A stretch of 64,000 nucleotides of DNA from an uncultured Dehalococcoidales bacterium (GTDB lineage Bacteria; Chloroflexota; Dehalococcoidia; Lucifugimonadales; Lucifugimonadaceae): positions 53,593 to 117,592 of the forward strand of contig CAYYRD010000008.1 in assembly GCA_964474025.1 (NCBI GenBank), given 5' to 3'. Under the pieces are notes generated by a model, which had not been told where the DNA came from, did no database searches, and saw only the letters and a list, made by a program, of their open reading frames with translations. Below, piece after piece: positions 46,010-56,530 of the stretch; positions within the stretch are counted from its first letter, which is position 1; every line of letters begins with the position of its first letter. Both the position numbers and the translations under genes were made by a program.

Positions 46010-46629
46010 GGCCGAACGCTCACGGTGTTCACGGGCTCCGAACAGTCGTCGCATTGGACGTCCGGATTCATGCCGGCTAGTTCAAAAAGCTCGCCCGTCA
46101 GGCACAACGGCAGCCCGACTACGTTCAGGTAACAGCCCTTGATTCGCTCGGCCGGGCTGAAGAGCCGGTCCTGGATGCCGTAGCTGCCCGCCTTGTCGAG
46201 CGGCAGCCCGGAGCGCACGTAATCGGCGATCTCCCTGTCGTCCAGGTCACGGATCCGCACGTCTGTGGAAGACCATCCGGAGGATTTTCCGAGCGGACCA
46301 TCCAGCGCCACCGCAGTGACGACGCGATGAGCCCGGTCACGTAGCCGATGCAGCGTTGCTACCGCATCTTCCGGTCCGGAAGGCTTGCCAAGCACTTCGC
46401 CATCGATCACTACTATCGTGTCCGCCCCCAGCGTGACGGCGTCGAGCGATATGCGTGAAGCGAAGGCCGCCTTTTCGGATGCAAGCCGCAGTGCCCACGC
46501 CTCGGGTGTGCCGTCCGCGGGCGTGCGATGTTCCGAGATATCCGTGGGACGAGCGTCCGTCTTGATTCCCACCGAGGCCAGTATTTCGGCGCGACGAGGC
46601 GATCCGGACGCCAGCACAAGGTGCGGCAT
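46006..46629 (-). CDS. maf: Maf-like nucleoside-triphosphate pyrophosphatase (septum formation protein)
   Basis: MPHLVLASGSPRRAEILASVGI...GADTIVVIDGEVLGKP...KAGSYGIQ. Confidence 0.9.
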   Translation of the reverse strand: MPHLVLASGSPRRAEILASVGIKTDARPTDISEHRTPADGTPEAWALRLASEKAAFASRISLDAVTLGADTIVVIDGEVLGKPSGPEDAVATLHRLRDRAHRVVTAVALDGPLGKSSGWSSTDVRIRDLDDREIADYVRSGLPLDKAGSYGIQDRLFSPAERIKGCYLNVVGLPLCLTGELFELAGMNPDVQCDDCSEPVNTVSVRP

Positions 46630-46756
46630 GTTTCCGGTCCTTACGCGATGTAGCGGGCGATTGGACGGCGTCGGGGGTTCAATCATCGTGCTTCGATGAT
46701 ACGCCGAGGCGACTTGAGTCGCCGCCCCGGCGGCGTATGAAAGCCGTGTAAGAAAG

Positions 46757-48016
46757 TCACTCCTTGCGACGCAGAAATGACGCGTTTTCGATATGCCGGG
46801 TCTGCGGAAACATGTCTACGGGCTGTATCTCTTCGAGGACAAACGGACCGTCCACAAGAGCCGCCAGGTCACGGGCCATCGACTCAACATCACAGGAAAC
46901 GAGCACCACGCGATCGGGAGCAAGCCGCCCGACCGCGGTGATCACGTCCGGGTGGCAGCCCTTGCGAGATGGATCGAGTATGACGGCGTCCACGTGAGAA
47001 TCAAACTCGGACAGCACGGTCTCCGCCCGGCCGAGGACCATCTCCACATTGTCCAGTCCCTCTGCGTTTCGTTCCCCATCGGCTACGGCGGACGGAGAAT
47101 CCTCGATGGCGATCACCTTGCGCGCATAGGGCGACAACAAAACGGCAAACACGCCCACACCCGCGTAGGCATCGATCAGGACCTCCCGGCCGGATAGCTC
47201 CAGCCGGTCCCGGATCATCTGCACCATCCTTTCCGCCTGTGCGGTGTTGACCTGGAAAAAGGACGATCCGGCGATCCGAAACTCTCGTCCAAGCATCGAT
47301 TCGCGCAGGTGCTGGCCGCCGGATGCGATATCAAGTCCTTCGCCCTTGAGTTCCGGCTGGACCAGGCGATCGCCCGTCCCGGCGCCAACTCGCACCGAGA
47401 ACTGCGTCATGCCCTTTACCCGTTTCTGGGTGGCCGCGAGGACTTCGTTGATCGAATCGTGCATAAGCAGGCATCTGTCTACCGGCACGAGCGAGCGCGT
47501 GATGGCATTGACGTACCCGACCTCGCCGAATTTTCGGCCGACACTGAATCGGGCATGGTTGCGGTAACCAAGTTGTCCGGGAGCGGGAAGCGTCGGCAGC
47601 ACCCGCGCGTTTTTCACGGACGCATCGGACGCAAGGGCATCCGTCACCATGTCCCGTTTGAACTGGAGTTGCCTGTCATAGCTAACGTGCTGCCACTGGC
47701 ACCCGGTACACAAAGCGGCGTAGCGGCATTCCGGTTCGATGCGGTCGGGTGAGGCTTCCGCCACCGCCACTACGCGTACGCCGAGGTGTTCCGGGAAGCG
47801 CCGCAGGATTTCAACCGTGACGGTCTCGCCCGGGATGCCACCCTCAACCAGCACCTGGAAGCCCTCGTGTTCCGCCCACAACTCACCCCGCTCGTTCATC
47901 GGCCCGAGCACCAGGGCGAAGGTGTCGCCCCGGTCTATGCCGAGTTCATCCGTGGGCCACGGGCCTTTATACCTGCGCCGGCCTCTGGTTCTGTTTCTCG
48001 CTCGAGGGGAGGCCAA
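46757..48016 (-). CDS. TRAM-domain 23S rRNA (uracil-5-)-methyltransferase family (RlmD/RumA-like)
   Basis: Fe-S Cys cluster CRYAALCTGCQWQH. SAM fold VLIDAYAGVGVFAV. C-terminal VSCDVESMARDL. Confidence 0.85.
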   Translation of the reverse strand: MASPRARNRTRGRRRYKGPWPTDELGIDRGDTFALVLGPMNERGELWAEHEGFQVLVEGGIPGETVTVEILRRFPEHLGVRVVAVAEASPDRIEPECRYAALCTGCQWQHVSYDRQLQFKRDMVTDALASDASVKNARVLPTLPAPGQLGYRNHARFSVGRKFGEVGYVNAITRSLVPVDRCLLMHDSINEVLAATQKRVKGMTQFSVRVGAGTGDRLVQPELKGEGLDIASGGQHLRESMLGREFRIAGSSFFQVNTAQAERMVQMIRDRLELSGREVLIDAYAGVGVFAVLLSPYARKVIAIEDSPSAVADGERNAEGLDNVEMVLGRAETVLSEFDSHVDAVILDPSRKGCHPDVITAVGRLAPDRVVLVSCDVESMARDLAALVDGPFVLEEIQPVDMFPQTRHIENASFLRRKE

Positions 48017-48199
48017 TTCGACTCAAATCGTGACCGATGGGTGTGCGACCGGTTTCCGGAAGCAACCATGCTACCGCTGCCTCGCCCAAAAGCCGATGGT
48101 GTTCGATAGTCGTTGGCCCGTTTGATATGCTTTCCGTTCGTAAGAATGATAAAGCTGGCGATAGATCTGTCCGTTCAGATCGCCACCGGAGACGGATAT

Positions 48200-49099
48200 T
48201 TGGTAGTCGATTCCGGGAACACCGGCAGGAAAGTTGAACGCCGGCTCCCCGAGTGGTTCAAGGTCCCGATGCCGGCCGGAGAAAATTTCTCCGACCTGAA
48301 AAAGCGTATGCGAGGGGCAAGCCTGCACACGGTCTGCGAGGAAGCCGCCTGCCCCAACATCGGGGATTGCTGGGACCGGCGCACGGCGTCGTTCATGATC
48401 CTGGGCGACACCTGCACCAGGGCCTGCTCATATTGCAACGTGAAGACGGGTCGGCCGACCGAGACCGACTGGGCGGAGCCGTTCCGGCTGGCCCAGACGA
48501 TAAAAGACATGGAACTCAAGTACGCCGTCATCACCTCGGTCGATCGGGACGACCTCGAAGACGCCGGTTCGACGATATTCGCGATGACGATCAAGGCAGT
48601 CCATAAATCCACGCCGGGCTGCAAGGTCGAGGTGCTCATACCAGACTTCGGGGGCGACCGGGAGTCACTCCAGAGAGTTATGGACGCCCGGCCCGAGGTG
48701 CTGAACCACAACATCGAGACCGTCAGGCGCGTGTTCCGCAAGGTCCGGCCGGCGGGGGATTACGACCTGTCGCTTGAACTCCTGAGGCGTGCGAAAGAGA
48801 TGCGACCGGATGGAGTGACCAAGTCCGGGATGATGGTCGGACTCGGCGAGACGATGGACGAGGTGTTCGAGACGATGGGGGATCTGCGCGCCAACGGTTG
48901 CGATCTGCTGACCGTCGGCCAGTACCTCCGCCCGTCCAAACGGCACCACCCGATCATCCGGTTTTACAACCCGGCCGAGTTCGAAAGGATTCGTGAAGCG
49001 GGCGAGGCGATGGGTTTCAGCCACGTCGCATCGGGCCCGCTGGTGCGATCGTCCTATCATGCCGACGAGCAGCACGAAGCGTCTCTCGCCAGCCCGTAG
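48200..49099 (+). CDS. lipA: Lipoyl synthase
   Basis: LPEWFKV...LHTVCEEAACPNIGDCW...GDTCTRACSYCNV radical-SAM and auxiliary cluster motifs. TTG 48200 follows GGAGA at 7 nt. The track start at 48113 is also possible. Confidence 0.9.
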   Translation: MVVDSGNTGRKVERRLPEWFKVPMPAGENFSDLKKRMRGASLHTVCEEAACPNIGDCWDRRTASFMILGDTCTRACSYCNVKTGRPTETDWAEPFRLAQTIKDMELKYAVITSVDRDDLEDAGSTIFAMTIKAVHKSTPGCKVEVLIPDFGGDRESLQRVMDARPEVLNHNIETVRRVFRKVRPAGDYDLSLELLRRAKEMRPDGVTKSGMMVGLGETMDEVFETMGDLRANGCDLLTVGQYLRPSKRHHPIIRFYNPAEFERIREAGEAMGFSHVASGPLVRSSYHADEQHEASLASP

Positions 49100-49177
49100 A
49101 GTCACGGCGTTGGACGTGGTCCCTTCTCCAACACACGAGCGAAGTAGCGCATCCACAGGCCGAATACGAGAAACGGC

Positions 49178-49969
49178 ATGGATAACACCCCCGAAACCGT
49201 ACTGCCCACCAGGCTCGGCCCGATTCGAGTCCGCCACCCTGAGGGAACCTTCGTCCCATCGGAGGCCAGCCGGATCGCCCTGGTTGCGATCGGAACACAC
49301 CAGGAGTTGCTCCACGGCAACGGCATCGATTGGGGCAGTGGAAGCGGATGCCTGGCGATCGCGACGTCGAAAGTGCCTGCGGTGCGAAAGGTCACCGGCC
49401 TGGAACTCTCCGATGTCGGCGTAACCGCCGCTCGCGCAAACGCCCTCGTCAACGATGTGTCTGAGAAAACCCGGTTCATCGCGGCGAACTCGTTCGCGCC
49501 CGCGTCGGACGACGATGCGAAGACGCTCGATAGTCTCCGGGGCCACACAGACTTCCTCATCGCCAATCCGCCTTCGAGCGAGGGTGACGGGTTCGAGTTT
49601 TACCGACGCGTGCTGAGAGAGGCGGGGGAGTTCCTCGTAGACGGCGCGCCGGTCTTCATGACCACTTCCATCCAGTACGGCACGAAGCGGGTGGAAGGGC
49701 TGGCCCGGGAGTGTCCGGGATTCAGTTACGAGGGAATCCTGGCAAGTACGGACTGGGTCCCGTTTGACCTGGATCGCCCGGACCTGATGCATTGCCTTGA
49801 GCTTTACGCGCAAGTGGAAGACCGAGGTGGTCCCGAATACGAGTTCGGCGGGATAGAGGGCGGCGTCACCGGTATGACCGACGCCCGGACCGCGCTGGCG
49901 GAGTTTCAACGCAGCCGCCGCCGTCCCCTGACGAAGTGGCTGACGTACCTGTTCGTACGTCGACTTTAG
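49178..49969 (+). CDS. Class I SAM-dependent methyltransferase (HemK/PrmC-like small-domain type, NPPS motif)
   Basis: IDWGSGSGCLAIA (motif I) and DFLIANPPSS (motif IV). Confidence 0.7.
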   Translation: MDNTPETVLPTRLGPIRVRHPEGTFVPSEASRIALVAIGTHQELLHGNGIDWGSGSGCLAIATSKVPAVRKVTGLELSDVGVTAARANALVNDVSEKTRFIAANSFAPASDDDAKTLDSLRGHTDFLIANPPSSEGDGFEFYRRVLREAGEFLVDGAPVFMTTSIQYGTKRVEGLARECPGFSYEGILASTDWVPFDLDRPDLMHCLELYAQVEDRGGPEYEFGGIEGGVTGMTDARTALAEFQRSRRRPLTKWLTYLFVRRL

Positions 49970-50002
49970 TCGAACCGGGAACAAGCACGTCGGCGCCGCC
50001 GT

Positions 50003-51646
50003 TTAGCCGGTAGCCACGCCCCTGACGGTCTCAAGCCGCAGATCAGACGCGGTGCCGTTCGTCGGCGTCCATCCGCCCAGGTCTGATCTCAGACCGTATA
50101 CCTCGTGACGCCAGACGACGGGGATGGCCCAGTACTCGTTGTACATCTCGCGATTGAGATCGCGAAGCCGCTCGTCCCGCTCAACCGGATCCACGATCGC
50201 GCTCAACTCCTCAAACAGCCGGTCACCGCGCTCAAGGTCGTGATACGTGAGCAGGGCCGCCCGGTCCGAGGTCAGGTAACGTTTGATACCACCCAGTATG
50301 TCCGGCCACGTCTGGTAGTTCACACCGTGAAACAGCGGTGCAGGCGCGACATCATCGAACTGCTGCGGGCGTGGTGAGTGCCGGGCCAGGATCTCGGGAT
50401 AGCCCGAGGTCAGAACCTCGACATTCATGCCTATAGCGCGCAGGTTCTCGGCGATCATCTCGTTGATCTCTATGAGTTCCGTCAGGCCGTACGACGGAGC
50501 GGAGAAGATGAACACCGTCTCGCCGGCGTATCCAGCCGCCGCGAGCGATTCACGGGCCGTGGTGGGATCGTACGGATATGGTGGAAGGTCCGGGTCGTAG
50601 CCGTCCGAAAGCGGGCTGAAGAGAGCAGACCCGGCGGCAATCTCGGCCACTTCCGGCTCGTAAACGGCGTCGATGATCGCCTGGCTGTCGATCCCCAGTG
50701 TCAACGCTTTTCTGAAGTCGAGATTGTTGTTCAGGGACTCCGACTCCGAAGCGGAGAACAGCCGCATCACGGTCGTGTTCACGTACCTCGGGCCGTCGAT
50801 CTTGAAGCCCGCGTCGCGCACCGAAGGGACATCCCCCTGCGGCTCGTCGATAGACCACGGTCGCCCGGATGGCCTGAGCACGGTCATATCTACCTCACCG
50901 CGCTTCAGCATCCCCGCCCGTTCATCAGGCTGCTCCGCAAGCACAAGCCGCAGTCGTGCAAAACCAGGCACACGCTTCTTGTCCCAGTACTCGGCATTCG
51001 CCTCGAACTCGATCCACTCACCGTCGGACCGGCCTGACAGCTTCCACGGCCCGGTCCCGACCGCGGCATATTCACCCGCCGCATGCGCGGCAAGTAGCGG
51101 CATATCGCCGGCGACCGGGCCAAAAGCGTGCATTATCGACACGTGCGGCGTTTTCAGATTGAGCAATGCCGTCCGGGAGTCCGGCGTCTCGATGCTGTCA
51201 ACGACTCCGGCCAGTACCGGACACACGGCACAGCGAGCATCTTCACGAGTGTAGTGAGCAACCGAGTAAGCGATGTCGGCGGACGTGACATCGACCCCGT
51301 CGTGCCACTTGAGGCCCTTCTTCAGTGTCAGCGTATATGTGGACGCGTCGTCACCCGGGTCCCACGACTCGAGTAGCCCGTAGCTTTGATCAAATTTGCC
51401 GTCCGGTCCGACGCCGACCAGGTGGTCATACAGGTGACCGTGGTACTGGAGGCCGGGCTGTCCGTCCATGGACGGGTCTAGGGTCTCCGCCCAGAACGAG
51501 GGCAGCGCTACGGTCAGCGTCTGATCGAGCGGTTCGGCGCCGTCATCGGAACCGCACGCGATCGCGCCCACGATCAACAACGCGGCCAGGGGCCAGAGGT
51601 GGTGCGTGGCGACGTTTCGGGCTGTTGAGCTGGGCGACCGGTGCAA
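50003..51646 (-). CDS. ABC transporter substrate-binding protein, family 5 (peptide/nickel type), lipoprotein
   Basis: LAALLIVGAIACGS lipobox. LTLKKGLKWHDGVDVTSADIAYS is typical of SBP_bac_5. No cognate permease or ATPase is adjacent. Confidence 0.8.
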   Translation of the reverse strand: MHRSPSSTARNVATHHLWPLAALLIVGAIACGSDDGAEPLDQTLTVALPSFWAETLDPSMDGQPGLQYHGHLYDHLVGVGPDGKFDQSYGLLESWDPGDDASTYTLTLKKGLKWHDGVDVTSADIAYSVAHYTREDARCAVCPVLAGVVDSIETPDSRTALLNLKTPHVSIMHAFGPVAGDMPLLAAHAAGEYAAVGTGPWKLSGRSDGEWIEFEANAEYWDKKRVPGFARLRLVLAEQPDERAGMLKRGEVDMTVLRPSGRPWSIDEPQGDVPSVRDAGFKIDGPRYVNTTVMRLFSASESESLNNNLDFRKALTLGIDSQAIIDAVYEPEVAEIAAGSALFSPLSDGYDPDLPPYPYDPTTARESLAAAGYAGETVFIFSAPSYGLTELIEINEMIAENLRAIGMNVEVLTSGYPEILARHSPRPQQFDDVAPAPLFHGVNYQTWPDILGGIKRYLTSDRAALLTYHDLERGDRLFEELSAIVDPVERDERLRDLNREMYNEYWAIPVVWRHEVYGLRSDLGGWTPTNGTASDLRLETVRGVATG

Positions 51647-51803
51647 GTGTCACGCTCCCCGACAGCCGCAATTGATGTGTGGACGGATCCAAATAAACGC
51701 CGAACATGGATCAGTTGCCCGGGCGAAAATGCGGCATGACAATTGTGCCCCACCGTCACCCGGACTACGACCTACCTCCGGCGCTAGATTTCACTTTAAA
51801 ACC

Positions 51804-53012
51804 TTACCTGCGCGGCGCATAACCGGGGCGGCGTCCGCGTTCCCATACATGCTCCCGGGCGACTTCCTCGTTCAGGTCACCACCCCAGCCGGGCCGGTTC
51901 GGGATAATCACCTCGCCATCCTCGATCACGAGCGGCTCCGTGAGCAGGTCGTCCTTCCACGGCACGTCGTCGATGTCGATCTCGGAGATACGGATGTTCC
52001 CGACGGACGCGCAGAGCGCCATCGAGTGCAGCGTCGACAGGTGGCTGTAGTAGTTGTGCGGCGCCACGTTGATGTCGAAGGTCTCCGCCATGTCAGCGAC
52101 TTTCTTCGACTGCGTGAATCCGTTCCACGGCAGGTCGACCATGCACACGTCCATCGACCGGGCCTCAAAGTAGCGCCTGTATTCCCGAGACGTGATCAGG
52201 TTTTCGCCAGAACAGATCGGCACGGTCGTGGAATCTCGAATCTCACGCAACCCCTCCGGCTCGTAGATGTCGATCTCGACCCACATCATCCTGAACTCCT
52301 CAAGCGCCTTGACGATGCGTTTGCACGCCTCAACCCGGAAGTTAAAGTTCAGGTCCAGCGCGATGTCCACGTACGGCCCGACAGCGTCTCTCAGTGTTCC
52401 AATCTGGGTGCGGATACCGTCCAGGAATGCATTTGTCACGTTGCCGTCGGTCGTTCCGCCCCCGCCGCCAAAGCCACCCAGTCTCTCCCATGTCTTGGGC
52501 TCATCATGCGGGATCAAAGGGTTCGTCTTGAGAGCCGTGAAGCCGCGTTCAACGACCTCTTTGCCGAGCGCCGTAACGTCGCCCCACGTGTTGAGTGGCG
52601 GCACACCGATCAAATCGGCATTGCCCATCCGGGAGCTGCCGCAGTGTGACCAGTACACACGCTGGCGCTCACGCGTGGGACCGCCTGCCAATTCATACAC
52701 CGGCACACCGAGCGCCTTGGCCTTGATGTCCCAGAGAGCCATGTCGATCCCGGCGATCGCCTTGCCCGCGATGCCGCCCGGGCTCTGGCGACCCATCCGG
52801 TACATGTCCCAGTAACGAGCCTCCACCGGACGCGGGTCTTCGCCGAGGAGGATCGCCTCGAACTCTTTTGCCGTCTCCACGACGCCGTAAGGGTTCCGGC
52901 CGTCCGAACACTCTCCATAGCCGGTAATCCCCTCGTCGGTACGCACGGCGATGTACTGCCAGGGGCGCCACCCGGCGTCTACGACAAAGGTATCGATTCC
53001 AGTGATCTTCAT
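51804..53012 (-). CDS. Enolase-superfamily enzyme (mandelate racemase/muconate lactonizing family), second copy
   Basis: MKITGIDTFVVDAGWRPWQYIAVRTDEGITGYGEC...GIDMALWDIKAKALGVPVYELAGG. GGAGAGG lies 7 nt before ATG 53012. Confidence 0.85.
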   Translation of the reverse strand: MKITGIDTFVVDAGWRPWQYIAVRTDEGITGYGECSDGRNPYGVVETAKEFEAILLGEDPRPVEARYWDMYRMGRQSPGGIAGKAIAGIDMALWDIKAKALGVPVYELAGGPTRERQRVYWSHCGSSRMGNADLIGVPPLNTWGDVTALGKEVVERGFTALKTNPLIPHDEPKTWERLGGFGGGGGTTDGNVTNAFLDGIRTQIGTLRDAVGPYVDIALDLNFNFRVEACKRIVKALEEFRMMWVEIDIYEPEGLREIRDSTTVPICSGENLITSREYRRYFEARSMDVCMVDLPWNGFTQSKKVADMAETFDINVAPHNYYSHLSTLHSMALCASVGNIRISEIDIDDVPWKDDLLTEPLVIEDGEVIIPNRPGWGGDLNEEVAREHVWERGRRPGYAPRR

Positions 53013-53118
53013 TCCGGTGCCTCTCCAGTCGAAAGGGATTTCTCGAATGCGGTCTCGGCGTGACCAAGCGCGGTGCCCGCGGGCGGAGGGTACACCCCTT
53101 CTCACGAGCGCGGAAGCG

Positions 53119-53970
53119 TTACCTTGTCGACCACGTAACAAGCCAGCCTATTTGTGGCTCGGCCCATCTGAACCTGACGCCTTCACCGTTCGGTCCATTC
53201 GGGACAAGGCAGGCCGGGAGAAGCTCGGCCAGCCGCGTAGCGTTAGGCGAGCCGGGGTTCAGGAAAAGCCGCTGCGTAGAACGTGTCAGCGCATCTTCCG
53301 CGCTCCGGAACTCCCCGTGCGGGCGGTCCTCCAGCCGATGCAGGTCGTATTCGATATCGAGCGATTCCAATACCCGGCGGAACTCCGGCATGGCCGGGAG
53401 GGCGATCCGTTTCTCACCAAAGAGACGTTCAAAAAGCTCATGGTAGTTGCCCTGCGGTGGGCGCTCCCGGAGCATGACCGTGACCCGTTTTCTGGCGTGG
53501 TCGTGCGCTTTCTTCAGGAAGGTCAGGATCGGTCTGGCGGCGTACATGACGTGCGAGCACACAACGTGATCGCCCACAGGAATATCGGCGGCCTGCCACG
53601 TCTCGGGCACCACCTCGACATTGCGCACCCCGAGCTGGTTAATGGCCGAATCCATCCGCGCTCGCATCGCAGCAGAGGGCTCTACGGCGATCACCCGGGC
53701 GCAGCGGCGCGCCAGCGGGATCGCGAGTCTCCCGCCGCCGGCGCCGACATCAATTACCGTGTCGTTTTCATCCAGATAGGTCTCCACCACCGGAACCGCC
53801 GGGTCCAGGTCGGATTCGGCCTGGTCAGGAGGGTTGAAATTCCATGCCAGGCCGGTCCACGGGTCCTCGTCCGGTGGTGGATCCCGGAAGCGATCCGTCT
53901 GCTCATGCTCTCGAGTGACGAGATCGTCCCAATCACGAGCGCTTTCGATTGCGGCCGCTGTTATCTGCAT
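53119..53970 (-). CDS. Class I SAM-dependent methyltransferase
   Basis: VIDVGAGGGRLAIPLARRCARVIAVEPS. Confidence 0.75.
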   Translation of the reverse strand: MQITAAAIESARDWDDLVTREHEQTDRFRDPPPDEDPWTGLAWNFNPPDQAESDLDPAVPVVETYLDENDTVIDVGAGGGRLAIPLARRCARVIAVEPSAAMRARMDSAINQLGVRNVEVVPETWQAADIPVGDHVVCSHVMYAARPILTFLKKAHDHARKRVTVMLRERPPQGNYHELFERLFGEKRIALPAMPEFRRVLESLDIEYDLHRLEDRPHGEFRSAEDALTRSTQRLFLNPGSPNATRLAELLPACLVPNGPNGEGVRFRWAEPQIGWLVTWSTR

Positions 53971-54068
53971 AGACTTCTTTCACCCAGTTTTATCGGTAAT
54001 CTGGCCGGGGCCATTTCCTGGCCCGCGAAACCAAATACGGTCCCCGGCGCATCTCAAGATATACACAC

Positions 54069-54845
54069 ATGCCCTTCATTTCTTCCCGCGACGTTTCTAT
54101 CCATTACGAGGTCGAAGGGGATCCTTCGTCTCCCCCACTGCTGCTTCACCACGGCTGGACATCCGATATCGAGTCCTGGCGCGATTTCGGGTACGTCGCA
54201 GCGCTTCAAGATCGATTTCGGCTCGTCCTCATTGACGCGCGCGGGCACGGATTGAGCGAAGCGCCCGAGGAGGCGAGCGCCTACGCTCCCGAGCTATTCG
54301 TGGCAGATGTAATCGCCGTCCTGGACACGGTGGATCCCGGGCCGATCACGTTCTGGGGCTACTCTATGGGCGCGGCTATCGGGTTTCAGCTTGCGGTCAA
54401 CTCGCCGGACAGGTTGCGTCGCTTCATTGCGGGCGGAATGCACCCTTTCGGCAGTTCGCCAACAGGCGAGCCGCGGCCAACAAAGGCAACTGCCGAACTT
54501 CGGGAGCGAGGGATGGAGGGGTTCATCGAGGCGCGGGAACTGGACCTGGGTGGAAGGCTCGTCCCGAAACTCAGGGCACGTCTTCTTTCGAAGAGCGCAA
54601 TCGGCCTGGCTAACGCGGGTGAGGCGTGGGCCGGTTGGAAGGGCGTTGGCGAACGCATCGGCAATATCGCGATCCCAACCCTGCTTTACGCTGGGACTGG
54701 TGATACCGGGTTTCACGAAGGCGCGAGTAAGGGCGCCGATGAGATGCTCGACGCGCGATTCGTTTCCATACCTGGAATCTCGCACGACGCGGGGTTTGCA
54801 TCCTCAAGAACAGTACTGGCAGCGATCGGGGATTTCCTGGCCTGA
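54069..54845 (+). CDS. Alpha/beta-fold hydrolase
   Basis: PLLLHHGWTSD...IDARGHGLSE...FWGYSMGA nucleophile elbow. Confidence 0.8.
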   Translation: MPFISSRDVSIHYEVEGDPSSPPLLLHHGWTSDIESWRDFGYVAALQDRFRLVLIDARGHGLSEAPEEASAYAPELFVADVIAVLDTVDPGPITFWGYSMGAAIGFQLAVNSPDRLRRFIAGGMHPFGSSPTGEPRPTKATAELRERGMEGFIEARELDLGGRLVPKLRARLLSKSAIGLANAGEAWAGWKGVGERIGNIAIPTLLYAGTGDTGFHEGASKGADEMLDARFVSIPGISHDAGFASSRTVLAAIGDFLA

Positions 54846-54910
54846 GGAGCGGAGCTGATTACTAAACTCACACGCGACGCGTGGCCGCTACACTTCTCCC
54901 GGGTCTACAG

Positions 54911-55405
54911 ATGCATATGGAAATCAATCGAGACGCCCCGATCGTGCTCAGCCACGAAATTTCGATATTCGCACCCCCCAGGCAGGTGTGGGAGCGACTC
55001 GCGCAGGTCGAATTCTGGTCCAGGTGGCACCCGGACATCGGGAGCGCGGAGTGGACGGACGACGAGCCGATGGACCGGCGTGGTTTCACGTTCGGCGTGA
55101 AGGTGTTCCGGTTCAATGCCCGGCTGCGCATCTACGATGAGCCCCTGGTTATCGGATGGGAGGCCCGGCACATGTTCTCCAGCCACCGCCAGGTGTTCCG
55201 GCTTGATGGTAATTACCGCCAGACCGTTCTATCCAGCGAGGCGTCGTACGAAGGGCCTGCGATGAAGATGATGCCGGAACGACTGCGCGATCCGCTGGAC
55301 CGGTTCGGGCAGACCTGGCTCGCGGCCATCAAGACCAACATTGAATCGGCGCGTGAAAACGGGGTGCGCCTCCCGGGCGCCCGGCGACCGGGACGAAATC
55401 GATAG
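54911..55405 (+). CDS. SRPBCC-superfamily (polyketide cyclase/dehydrase-like) protein
   Basis: MHMEINRDAPIVLSHEISIFAPPRQVWERLAQVEFWSRWHPD. GTG 54881 is an alternative start. Confidence 0.65.
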   Translation: MHMEINRDAPIVLSHEISIFAPPRQVWERLAQVEFWSRWHPDIGSAEWTDDEPMDRRGFTFGVKVFRFNARLRIYDEPLVIGWEARHMFSSHRQVFRLDGNYRQTVLSSEASYEGPAMKMMPERLRDPLDRFGQTWLAAIKTNIESARENGVRLPGARRPGRNR

Positions 55406-55453
55406 ACGGGGTTCCAATCTCGGGACGCCGACGCCGCTAATGTAAGGAGTTCC

Positions 55454-56323
55454 ATGCTGCTCGGAGTGGCTGGGCTGACGCCCGGGGACTGGACGTCTGT
55501 CAACGGTGATGTCGCGCGGTCGGTGCGGGAGCGCGGATTTCGAGCGTTGCAGTTACGGGTCTCCGATCCGCTTGATCCCGATCCGAAGATCGTCTCCCGA
55601 GTCAAAGATGCGTTCATGTCCTCCGGCCTGTCCATTGGACAGACCGTTGGCGAATACGGCGGCGGTCTCGTCAGCGACGACGACGCGGTTCGGCGAGACG
55701 CGGTCGAGGCTCTGAAAAGGATGGCGGCCTTCACCCGGATCATCGGCGGATCAAACACCTACCTCAGGCCGGGATCGATGAACCCGGGAGGAGGCTGGCT
55801 GCCACACCCGGACAACCGGTCTGATCCTGTATTCGACCGGTTGGTCCAATCGGCGCGTGAAGCGGCCCGGACCGCGGCCGACGAAGGCGTCATGCTCGCG
55901 GTCGAAGGCGGCGTGGTCTGTCCCCTGTTTTCGGCTGAGCGAACCCGGGAGTTCTTTGGCGCGGTTGATTCGCCGGCGCTGGGATACAACATGGACCCGG
56001 TCAACTACGTCGCAAACCTGGAGATGGCTTACGACTCGACCTCCTTGCTGAACGACCTGTTCGACCAGCTGGGGCACGTGACGATCGCCGCGCATGCCAA
56101 GGATTTCACACTGGTGGAGGGCCTTTTGCCCCACTTCGAGGAAGCTGTGATCGGCGAAGGACTGCTCGATCAAGAGACCTTTCTGCACCGGATGCTCGCC
56201 GCCCGGCCAGATGCACATATCTACATCGAACATCTTCCGGACGACCTCGTTCCAGCGGCGCGAGTTGGCCTGAATGCGTCCGCGGCAAGGGCCGGGATTG
56301 AGTGGGACGACCCGCCCGGTTGA
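55454..56323 (+). CDS. Sugar-phosphate isomerase/epimerase (xylose-isomerase-like TIM barrel)
   Basis: Length and pattern (GFRALQLR..., LAVEGG..., IAAHAKDF..., IYIEHL) fit the AP_endonuc_2 fold. Assignment is by eye only. Confidence 0.6.
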   Translation: MLLGVAGLTPGDWTSVNGDVARSVRERGFRALQLRVSDPLDPDPKIVSRVKDAFMSSGLSIGQTVGEYGGGLVSDDDAVRRDAVEALKRMAAFTRIIGGSNTYLRPGSMNPGGGWLPHPDNRSDPVFDRLVQSAREAARTAADEGVMLAVEGGVVCPLFSAERTREFFGAVDSPALGYNMDPVNYVANLEMAYDSTSLLNDLFDQLGHVTIAAHAKDFTLVEGLLPHFEEAVIGEGLLDQETFLHRMLAARPDAHIYIEHLPDDLVPAARVGLNASAARAGIEWDDPPG

Positions 56324-56530
56324 TCCTGAGACAACGGGCGAGACAGCCGATTGTCATCCCGAGCGCACTGGCCCTCTCCCGGGGGGGGAAGAGGCCTGGG
56401 TGATGGAGAACCCCATTTAATCAACGACACCGCAAGTGCGAATGACAATTGGCTCCGGCCGGCAGATAACGGACTTGCGAGCTTATGGACACCTCTTGAT
56501 ATCCCCGGCACTCAACGAAGGATCACGCAG

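Noticed and set aside
48665-49984. 439-aa minus-strand ORF overlapping lipA and the downstream methyltransferase
   Set aside because: It is antisense to two genes with clear family motifs. Its translation is Arg/Gly/Pro-rich nonsense typical of the opposite strand of high-GC coding DNA, and it has no recognisable motifs.
51606-54255. Long plus-strand ORFs 51606..52649 (347 aa) and 52951..54255 (434 aa)
   Set aside because: They are antisense to the enolase-family gene and the methyltransferase gene. They have no motifs and look like a GC-skewed artefact.
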